Shown here piece after piece: positions 57,162 to 64,000 of a DNA stretch of 64,000 bases. Positions within the stretch are counted from its first letter, which is position 1, and each line of letters starts with the position of its first letter. The stretch comes from Bacteroides sp. (lineage in GTDB: Bacteria > Bacteroidota > Bacteroidia > Bacteroidales > UBA7960): NCBI GenBank assembly GCA_036351255.1, contig JAZBOS010000021.1, positions 20,053 through 84,052 on the forward strand. Direction: 5' to 3'. The position numbers and the translations under genes are program-made. The notes beneath the pieces are model-generated. The model was not told where the DNA came from. It made no database searches and worked only from the letters and a program-made list of their open reading frames with translations.

Positions 57162-58553
57162 ATGAAACCAGAATATTTCCTGGGTATTCTTTTGATCTTG
57201 CTGGCTGGCAGCCTTCGCGCAGAAGAGGTTACTGTTATTGTTACGTCAATACCTGCTAATACTCCTGAAGGGGCCCAGATATTTATTGCGGGAACCTTTA
57301 ATAATTGGGACCCGGGTCATGCTTCTTTTATCCTTGAACCCAATGATGAAGGTGAACCTGAGATTGTACTTACAGGGGAGGGAACCATTAGTTTTAAATT
57401 CACCCGAGGGAGCTGGCAGACCGTTGAAGGCAATGAAAACGGGGGTTTTTTACCGAACCGCAGTTTTACTTTTGGTACTGCCGATACCCTCCAGGTAAAC
57501 ATCTTAAGTTGGGAAGATACTGGGGAAACAAACTCCACTGCTGCAGAGAATGTTATTATCCTGAGTACTGACTTCGAGATGCCTCAGTTGAATCGCACGC
57601 GGCGTATCTGGATTTATTTCCCTCCGGATTATGAGAATTCGGGTGAGCAATATCCGGTTTTGTATATGCACGATGGGCAAAACCTTTTTGATCAGGCCAC
57701 ATCTTTCGCAGGGGAGTGGGAGGTTGATGAAACCCTGAATGATTTGTTTGAGGAAGGCCAGCCTGTTCCCATTGTGGTTGGTATTGATAACGGGGGAGGG
57801 GATCGTATCGATGAATATACTCCTTGGTTGAATAACCAGTATGGGGGAGGCGATGGTGACCTTTATGCCAATTTTATTATTGAAACGCTGAAACCATTTA
57901 TTGACGAGAATTATCGGACCTTTCCGGGAAGGGAGCATACTGGAGTAATGGGTAGTTCCCTTGGGGGGCTAATTTCCTTTTATATTGCCCATAAGCATCA
58001 GGATGTTTTCTCAAAGGCGGGGATCTTCTCTCCCTCTTTCTGGTTTTCAGATTCTGTATACACCTTTGCCAGCGAAACAGGTAAACAACACCCTATGAAA
58101 TATTTCATCATGGGAGGCAGTAACGAAAGTTCAGGTTTGGTTGATCAAATGCAAGCCATGGTCGATACCCTGTTTTCCATTGGCTTCGGGGAAAGTGAGG
58201 TAACACTTGTGGTGGTCCCCGGGGGACAGCACAATGAAATTTTGTGGCAGTCGCAGTTTGGGCAGGCCTACCAGTGGTTGTTCAATACTTCAGCCACCTA
58301 TACACCAGTAATTTACCCCGAAAGGGAGATTAAGCTAAGGCAGCAGGGAAACAGAATATGGCTGGAACAAGGCCAAGGCAGACCGGAGGGGCCATACCAC
58401 CTGCAAATCTTTAATCTGTTTGGCCAAGCATTGTATGGTGTAAATATAATGGCCGGACAAGCCATTCATCTCCCTCCTCACCTGCGAGGTCTGGTAATTG
58501 CTAGGGTAATCGGCAATGACCTTCAGTTTACGCAGAAAATCTGGCTTCCCTGA
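57162..58553 (+). CDS. Secreted esterase-family alpha/beta hydrolase with N-terminal carbohydrate-binding (CBM20/48-like) module
   Basis: 463 aa with a signal peptide, the block IFIAGTFNNWDP...FKFTRGSWQTVE (starch/glycogen-binding-module-like), then the putative-esterase block RIWIYFPPDY...YPVLYMHDGQNLFD...GSSLGG. Confidence 0.65.
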   Translation: MKPEYFLGILLILLAGSLRAEEVTVIVTSIPANTPEGAQIFIAGTFNNWDPGHASFILEPNDEGEPEIVLTGEGTISFKFTRGSWQTVEGNENGGFLPNRSFTFGTADTLQVNILSWEDTGETNSTAAENVIILSTDFEMPQLNRTRRIWIYFPPDYENSGEQYPVLYMHDGQNLFDQATSFAGEWEVDETLNDLFEEGQPVPIVVGIDNGGGDRIDEYTPWLNNQYGGGDGDLYANFIIETLKPFIDENYRTFPGREHTGVMGSSLGGLISFYIAHKHQDVFSKAGIFSPSFWFSDSVYTFASETGKQHPMKYFIMGGSNESSGLVDQMQAMVDTLFSIGFGESEVTLVVVPGGQHNEILWQSQFGQAYQWLFNTSATYTPVIYPEREIKLRQQGNRIWLEQGQGRPEGPYHLQIFNLFGQALYGVNIMAGQAIHLPPHLRGLVIARVIGNDLQFTQKIWLP

Positions 58554-59355
58554 TACGAACCAATTTTTCCAGAAGCCCTTCTAACTTGTCAAGTTTGAGC
58601 ATATTGGCACCATCCGATTTTGCATTCTTTGGATCGGGGTGAGCCTCAATGAATAAACCATCAACGCCTGCTGCAATACCTGCACAGGCCATGGTTTCAA
58701 TTAAGTGAGGCAGTCCTCCTGTTACACCAGTTGATTGGTTGGGTTGCTGAAGTGAATGGGTGACATCAAGGACTACCGGAACACCAAGTTCCTGCATAAT
58801 GGGTATTCCCCTGAAATCCACAACCAAGTCACCATAGCCAAAAGTCGTGCCTCTTTCGGTAACAATGATTTTTTGATTTCCAGTTGAGCGGATTTTTTCA
58901 ATGGCAAACTCCATTGCGGATGGGGAAAGAAACTGCCCTTTTTTTATGTTGATAACCTTGCCGGTTTTGCCGGAAGCGACCAGCAATTCTGTTTGCCTGC
59001 ATAGAAAAGCAGGAATCTGCAGCACATCCACATGCCGGGCGGCCATATAGGCTTCCTCATTGGTGTGAATATCCGTGACCACCGAAATATCCAGTTCCTG
59101 GCCAATTTGTTGAAGGATATTCAGGGCAATGGTATCGCCGATACCAGTAAAACTCTCCAGTTTTGAACGGTTAGCTTTTTTATAGGAAGCCTTGAAGATA
59201 TATGGTATGTTAAACTTACGGGTGATGTCTGAAATTTTTCTTGCGATCTCAAAACCCATTTCTTCGTTTTCAAGCACACAGGGGCCTGACATCAGGAAAA
59301 AGGGCTTTCCTTTGAGGGCTTCACGGTTTACAATGGATTCAAGGACAGAATTCAT
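58528..59355 (-). CDS. kdsA: 3-deoxy-8-phosphooctulonate (KDO-8-P) synthase
   Basis: KdsA blocks (FFLMSGPCVLE, FKASYKKANRS, VTDIHT, LQIPAFLCRQT). The ORF-track start is TTG 59394. ATG 59355 (MNSVLESIV...) gives a typical length of ~275 aa and removes the overlap with the cupin gene. The 3-prime end overlaps the convergent esterase gene by 26 nt. Confidence 0.85.
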   Translation of the reverse strand: MNSVLESIVNREALKGKPFFLMSGPCVLENEEMGFEIARKISDITRKFNIPYIFKASYKKANRSKLESFTGIGDTIALNILQQIGQELDISVVTDIHTNEEAYMAARHVDVLQIPAFLCRQTELLVASGKTGKVINIKKGQFLSPSAMEFAIEKIRSTGNQKIIVTERGTTFGYGDLVVDFRGIPIMQELGVPVVLDVTHSLQQPNQSTGVTGGLPHLIETMACAGIAAGVDGLFIEAHPDPKNAKSDGANMLKLDKLEGLLEKLVRIREARFSA

Positions 59356-59374
59356 AGCCGGTAAATTTAAAATA

Positions 59375-59701
59375 TTATTTAAAATGAATGGCAAGCCAGA
59401 TACATGGAGGTGTTTTACTGGTGTAAGTCACCCGGTGTTTCAGACGGGCGGGCAGGAAAATATAATCTCCCGGGCTTAGATGCACCATTTCACCTTTTTC
59501 GAACTCCAGACTGGCCTTACCTTGAATCAACATAACCCATTCGTTTTCTTCCTGATCATACCAAATGTCAGGAGGCGTGACCTGCCCCTTGCTTACGATT
59601 CTTTCAATGTGAAGTTCCCGATCACTGAAGAGGGTTTCGAAATGCTCCTGGTCAGTCACAAAGGGAATCTGTCCTGTTGAGAGAATGTTTTTTGCCTGCA
59701 T
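59375..59701 (-). CDS. Cupin domain-containing protein
   Basis: 108 aa, a small beta-barrel-type sequence with the block GDYIFLPARLKHRV, which is typical of cupins. Confidence 0.6.
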   Translation of the reverse strand: MQAKNILSTGQIPFVTDQEHFETLFSDRELHIERIVSKGQVTPPDIWYDQEENEWVMLIQGKASLEFEKGEMVHLSPGDYIFLPARLKHRVTYTSKTPPCIWLAIHFK

Positions 59702-59716
59702 CTTTGTTAGTTCTTT

Positions 59717-60337
59717 TTAAAGGATCTCATCCAGGATGCCTTTCCCCTGGCGCATAACCTCCATCTCGTCGCGGGTACAGTCAATGACTGTTGAGGCCTC
59801 ATTATCCCCATAACCGCCGTCAATCACAATGTCTACCTGGTCCTTGTATTTTTCGTAAATCAATTCAGGGTCGGTGGTATATTCCAGAATTTCATCCTCA
59901 TCGTAAACAGAGGTAGAAATGATGGGGTTTCCTAATTCCCTGACGATTTCACGGGTGATATTATTATCGGGAACGCGGATTCCCACGGTTTTCTTTCGGC
60001 TCTGGAATATACGGGGCACCTGGTTGTTTGCATTGAGAATAAAGGTAAAGGGCCCGGGCAGAGCTTTCTTCATCACCTTGTATACACTGGTGCTGAATGG
60101 CCTGGTGAAGTCAGAAATGTGGCTGAGGTCCTGGCAGATTAAGGAGAAATTGGCTTTCTCAGCCCTGATCCCCTTTATCTGGGCGACTCGTTCCACTGCC
60201 CTTGACTGGTAAATATCACAACCAATAGCATAAACCGTGTCAGTAGGGTAAATCACAACCCCTCCACTGCGCAAACAACCCGCAACCAATTGTATATATT
60301 TGGCGTTTGGATTCTCAGGATATATTCGTAACAGCAT
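59717..60337 (-). CDS. tsaC: L-threonylcarbamoyladenylate synthase (TsaC/YrdC type)
   Basis: 206 aa from ATG 60337 (MLLRIYPENPN...). Carries the YPTDTVYAIGCD motif and the FTFILN/VGIRVPDN blocks. The longer ORF-track form adds a non-conserved basic extension. Confidence 0.8.
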   Translation of the reverse strand: MLLRIYPENPNAKYIQLVAGCLRSGGVVIYPTDTVYAIGCDIYQSRAVERVAQIKGIRAEKANFSLICQDLSHISDFTRPFSTSVYKVMKKALPGPFTFILNANNQVPRIFQSRKKTVGIRVPDNNITREIVRELGNPIISTSVYDEDEILEYTTDPELIYEKYKDQVDIVIDGGYGDNEASTVIDCTRDEMEVMRQGKGILDEIL

Positions 60338-60530
60338 TTTTACCTCGTTTAAAACAGCAATAAATATACACATTTTTAGAGTAATCTTGTTTCTGATGTC
60401 CATTTTATGGTCCTTGGATTTTGTATTCTGATCTCTTGCTGGCTTTTTACTGAAAAGGTCACTACTGTTTTTGAACATATGGCTTTTTGATTGGTTTAAT
60501 GTGTGAAAAAATTATTAATCGGTAATAACT

Positions 60531-61181
60531 TTGAAGACACTAAAAAAATCAACCATAATATCCAACCTTGAAACAGCCCCTGGGGCATATATTTTGAGTT
60601 TTCCTCGCAGCTTTGATTTTGTGCCCGGACAGGTGATCGGGATTGCCATGAATCCTGAGGAGAAACCCCGTTTATACAGCATAGCTAGTGGTAACAAAGA
60701 ACAGGTGATTCGTATTCTTTATACCATAAAACCAGGTGGGAAGTTAACGCCTGGGTTGGCAAGGTTGCAGGCTGGCGATTCCATATTTGTCTCAGAGCCT
60801 TTTGGTGGTTTTATCTGCGGCGAAGAACCAGCTTTTTGGGTGGCTACGGGCACAGGGATAGCCCCATTTGCAAGCATGTTCTATTCTGGAGTTTCAAACA
60901 ATAAGGTTCTTATCCAGGGGAACCGCTTTGCCAGCGGGCTTTATTTTCGTGAGGATTTTGAGAAAGGAATGGGAAATCGTTATTTCCCTTCCTGCACCCG
61001 TGAGGAAGTAGAAGGCCTTTATTACGGCCGCGTGCTGAAGTTCCTGTCTGAAAAGGAAACCCTGGACCCTGGGCTGAAATATTACCTTTGCGGGAGCGCC
61101 GAAATGGTGGTCGATGTCAGAGACCTTCTGATTGAACGAGGCGTGCCTTTTGAAAATGTGGTTGCCGAGATATTCTTTTAA
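60531..61181 (+). CDS. Ferredoxin-NADP reductase-like FAD/NAD(P)-binding oxidoreductase
   Basis: 216 aa with the FAD motif RLYSIASG and the NAD(P) block FWVATGTGIAPF. The only available start is TTG 60531. A TAACTTTG box (60526-60533) overlaps it, so the true start and promoter are unresolved. Confidence 0.6.
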   Translation: MKTLKKSTIISNLETAPGAYILSFPRSFDFVPGQVIGIAMNPEEKPRLYSIASGNKEQVIRILYTIKPGGKLTPGLARLQAGDSIFVSEPFGGFICGEEPAFWVATGTGIAPFASMFYSGVSNNKVLIQGNRFASGLYFREDFEKGMGNRYFPSCTREEVEGLYYGRVLKFLSEKETLDPGLKYYLCGSAEMVVDVRDLLIERGVPFENVVAEIFF

Positions 61182-61229
61182 CTTTGGTGTAAAATTCAGG
61201 TTATGCAAGTCCAATGAGAAATCATTGGA

Positions 61230-62297
61230 ATGGATTTTTTTTTCAAAGTTAAAAAGCTGCTGAGCATGGAAGAGAAACAAGGTGTGCTTTTTGGTAAGAC
61301 TTTAAGGCAACTGGAATCGGAGGTATTTGAATTAGGCCTTCCCCGATATACAGCCACACAGATCACCGACTGGCTTTACAAAAAGGATGTGACTTCCATC
61401 GATGAAATGAGCAACCTTTCCAAAGAAGCCCGTGAGAAGCTTTCTGAGCGATATGAAATGGGGCTTTCAGAGCCTGTGAAAGTTCAGGTATCGGTGGATG
61501 GGACAAAAAAATATCTTTATCGCGCTCATAACGGTAAGTTTATTGAAACCGCCTATATTCCTGAGCGAGACAGGCATACATTATGCGTTTCCTCACAAGT
61601 TGGCTGTAAAATGGGTTGTCTTTTTTGCTTTACTGCCAAACAGGGTTTTCAGGGAAATCTTAATGCCGGTGAAATCCTGAACCAGATTTGGAGCCTTCCG
61701 GAAAGGCAGTTGATTACCAATATTGTTTACATGGGGATGGGTGAGCCATTTGATAACATGGAGGCCGTTATGCAAAGTCTGGAAATTCTGACTGCTGAGT
61801 ATGGTCTTGCCATCAGCCCGCGGCGCATTACGGTCTCAACCATTGGTATTATTCCTGCCATAAAGACTTTCCTTGAATTAAGCTCCTGTCATCTTGCTGT
61901 AAGTTTGCACTCACCCTTTGAGGAAGAGAGACGTCGTATTATGCCTATCGAGCACGTTTATTCCCTTACCCAAGTCCTGGAGGCCATCCGGAGCTTTCCC
62001 CTAGGGAAACAAAGACGCATCTCTTTTGAGTACATTGTTTTCAAGGACCTTAACCATAGCCCGCGGCATGTTAAAGAACTGGCACGCATTCTCAATGGAA
62101 TTCGGTGCCGCATCAACTTGTTGCGTTTTCACCCAGTTCCAGGCACTCCATTGAAAGCCCCGGATGAGAAGACCCTTCAGGAATTCAAAACAGCCCTCGA
62201 AAAAAAGGGCCTTACTACAACAATCCGAAAGTCACGCGGACAGGATATTTATGCTGCTTGCGGCCTGCTTTCCACAAAGGAACAACAGCCAAGGTAA
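61230..62297 (+). CDS. rlmN: 23S rRNA (adenine2503-C2)-methyltransferase / tRNA m2A37 methyltransferase RlmN
   Basis: 355 aa with the radical-SAM motif VGCKMGCLFC, the blocks NIVYMGMGEP and ISTIG, and the C-terminal catalytic Cys block DIYAACGLL. Confidence 0.9.
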   Translation: MDFFFKVKKLLSMEEKQGVLFGKTLRQLESEVFELGLPRYTATQITDWLYKKDVTSIDEMSNLSKEAREKLSERYEMGLSEPVKVQVSVDGTKKYLYRAHNGKFIETAYIPERDRHTLCVSSQVGCKMGCLFCFTAKQGFQGNLNAGEILNQIWSLPERQLITNIVYMGMGEPFDNMEAVMQSLEILTAEYGLAISPRRITVSTIGIIPAIKTFLELSSCHLAVSLHSPFEEERRRIMPIEHVYSLTQVLEAIRSFPLGKQRRISFEYIVFKDLNHSPRHVKELARILNGIRCRINLLRFHPVPGTPLKAPDEKTLQEFKTALEKKGLTTTIRKSRGQDIYAACGLLSTKEQQPR

Positions 62298-62308
62298 ATG
62301 GAAAATAC

Positions 62309-62316
62309 TACCTTTG
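62309..62316 (+). promoter_or_regulatory. Bacteroidota-type -7 promoter box (TACCTTTG)
   Basis: TAnnTTTG followed by C, 22 nt upstream of GTG 62339. Confidence 0.45.
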
Positions 62317-62338
62317 CGATCAATAAATTTGTTGACCA

Positions 62339-64000
62339 GTGCCTTTACGTTTTCTTTCCTTTATTTTTTGGGTTATTCTGTTTGCAGTAAAGCCTTGTGC
62401 TGCGCAGGAAAGCCCTGCTAATAGCTTTCATTTTGATCAGAAAATCGTTTTTGAACCCTACCCGGATTCAAAAGAAAGAATTACCAACCACCTGTTGCAA
62501 CATATTGCAGATGGGAGTGGCCGACTCAGGTCGATGGTATCTTATTCCCTTGAAGGCCAAATTGCTCTTCAATTAGATGTGATGGATGACGGAAGGCAAT
62601 TGGCTTTCGTTTCGCTTGAAACCCTGAGGGTCAGCGGCGATATTTCTTATGGTGGCTTTAGCCTTGAAAAACTACTGATGCCCGATTTGGTGCAATTTAA
62701 TGTTTTGATTAGCCAGCCTGACGGGAAGCTTATTGGCAAAAAAGAACATAAGGACCTTCCGGTAATTGGCAGCAATGTTATTCTTCAGGAAGAAATACCT
62801 GGTGGAAAAAGCAATAATGACTTGGTGGTCAGAATTGAAGATATTCATTTCAGTTACAGTGAGTCGATGTATCATCGCTTGGATGAGTGGTTTGCATTTT
62901 TTGAAGATTATTATGCTGCAGTTACTCAGATAGAAGAATTGGAAAATGTTCTGGCAACACTGAACTTTTCCGATCCCTCACATCTTATCCTGGAAGAATT
63001 TTCCCTTTGCGAAGCCGAAAAAAAATTGGCATCTTTTGCTGTAAAAGGGTTCTTTGTTAACCTTGACCCGCAGGCAGGTGATCCTGAAGGAATTTTTCTT
63101 AAACATGGAAGGCTGAGCAAACGCGTTCAATTCCTCAGGAACGAATTTAATCTACGCATGGCCATTGTTGATAGTCTCATTTATGCTAAAGGCATGAATT
63201 TATTGGCATCAGATCAGCCCAGTGCCGCCCGTGAAAGTTTTGAAAGCTCCCTGGTCTTCAATCCCTTGTTTGTGCCTTCGTATCTGGCCCTGGCAAAGAT
63301 TGACCTTGAAGGGGGGCAAAAAAGAAAAGCAATAGAGCGTCTTGGGGAAGTCTTTTCAGTAATCATTCCACATGGGAAGCTGAGGAAGGAATCTGAAATC
63401 CTTACCGATTCAATCATGGCTCAATTTTTCAGGGATGCATTCAACTTTAACCGCGAAGGTCGTTTTAAGGAAAGCCTGGACCTGTTGGCGCCACTGGAGC
63501 AATTTTGTGAAAGGGTTGAAGGAGAATTTGAATGCCCGTACGAACTGGAGTTCCGGTTGAATCAGACTCATATGGGGATGTACCGCTCCTTCCTGGTTGT
63601 TGGTGGAAGAGCATTGCGTAACGACAACCTTTCCCTTTGCCGCACTTATGTTTCCAGTGCTCTGGATTACCAGAAAAATAACCAGCGTTTTATTCCTGAT
63701 GCCAGGGAGGCTTTCGATATTTTGCAGCAATGCGTTTACCGGTATATTGAAATATCAGGAGAACGTTTTGCTGTAGGAGAATTCCAGCGCTCCTATGAAA
63801 GCCTTAATGCTGCCCTTGAGTTATGCAGTCAATATCCCGGGCTCTTCTGCCCGGATGATCTTTCTTCCAGGCAGCAAATGGTATTGGCTTATGTTCAGCA
63901 AAAAGAAACTGATTCCCGCATCCATACTGAGTCTGTCAATCCGGCAGAATCCAATGAGAGATTTTCTGATGACATATTCTGGCAACCAGAGGAAGAAATG
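62339..64000 (+). CDS. Hypothetical secreted protein with TPR-like region, N-terminal 554 aa (continues beyond window end)
   Basis: Absent from the ORF track because there is no stop codon in the window. My own translation finds TGA at 62333, then GTG 62339, giving MPLRFLSFIFWVILFAVKPCAAQ|ESPANSFHFDQKIVFEPYPDSKER... The frame stays open for 554 codons up to position 64000. The segment SAARESFESSLVFNPLFVPSYLALAKIDLEGGQKRKAIERL is TPR-like. Confidence 0.6.
   Translation, partial: MPLRFLSFIFWVILFAVKPCAAQESPANSFHFDQKIVFEPYPDSKERITNHLLQHIADGSGRLRSMVSYSLEGQIALQLDVMDDGRQLAFVSLETLRVSGDISYGGFSLEKLLMPDLVQFNVLISQPDGKLIGKKEHKDLPVIGSNVILQEEIPGGKSNNDLVVRIEDIHFSYSESMYHRLDEWFAFFEDYYAAVTQIEELENVLATLNFSDPSHLILEEFSLCEAEKKLASFAVKGFFVNLDPQAGDPEGIFLKHGRLSKRVQFLRNEFNLRMAIVDSLIYAKGMNLLASDQPSAARESFESSLVFNPLFVPSYLALAKIDLEGGQKRKAIERLGEVFSVIIPHGKLRKESEILTDSIMAQFFRDAFNFNREGRFKESLDLLAPLEQFCERVEGEFECPYELEFRLNQTHMGMYRSFLVVGGRALRNDNLSLCRTYVSSALDYQKNNQRFIPDAREAFDILQQCVYRYIEISGERFAVGEFQRSYESLNAALELCSQYPGLFCPDDLSSRQQMVLAYVQQKETDSRIHTESVNPAESNERFSDDIFWQPEEEM

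Noticed and set aside
58528-58553. 26-nt overlap of the convergent 3-prime ends of the esterase and kdsA genes
   Set aside because: Both reading frames have strong family motifs up to their ends, and short convergent overlaps are common. There is no sign of a frameshift or mis-assembly.

Overview
This 64-kb window looks like a chromosomal segment of a Bacteroidota-type genome. Three things support that call: T9SS C-terminal sorting domains, TAnnTTTG -7 promoter boxes upstream of many genes, and no obvious Shine-Dalgarno signals. I support about 50 protein genes, nearly all housekeeping or core metabolism. They include aroA/aroB, serC/serA, lon, rpsA, rpmE, ligA, kdsA, xerD, rlmN, tsaC, pcm, a TrmH-like methyltransferase, proline dehydrogenase, three tandem universal-stress proteins, and envelope proteins. 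I saw no rRNA, tRNA, CRISPR, transposase, prophage or recognisable defence genes, so the window reads as core rather than accessory DNA. Two edge-truncated genes are missing from the ORF track: an SSF symporter at 1-1078 (-) and a GTG-initiated secreted TPR-like protein at 62339-64000 (+). The most interesting items are: (1) a cobalamin riboswitch driving a TonB-dependent receptor plus two small uncharacterised envelope proteins; (2) tandem paralogs that combine MG2-like domains with a TonB-receptor plug but have no barrel; (3) three intergenic elements built from 11-bp periodic repeats, two of them long perfect palindromes; (4) a DUF1338 (HglS-like) plus YdiJ-like pair that suggests a 2-oxoadipate to 2-oxoglutarate module; (5) two adjacent T9SS cargo proteins, an endonuclease I and a 1229-aa lamin-tail-domain protein with an internally duplicated module, suggesting extracellular DNA capture and degradation; and (6) a signal-anchored Pcm abutting a fused MFS/spermidine-synthase-like membrane protein. 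All family assignments come from motif recognition by eye and need HMM or covariance-model confirmation.
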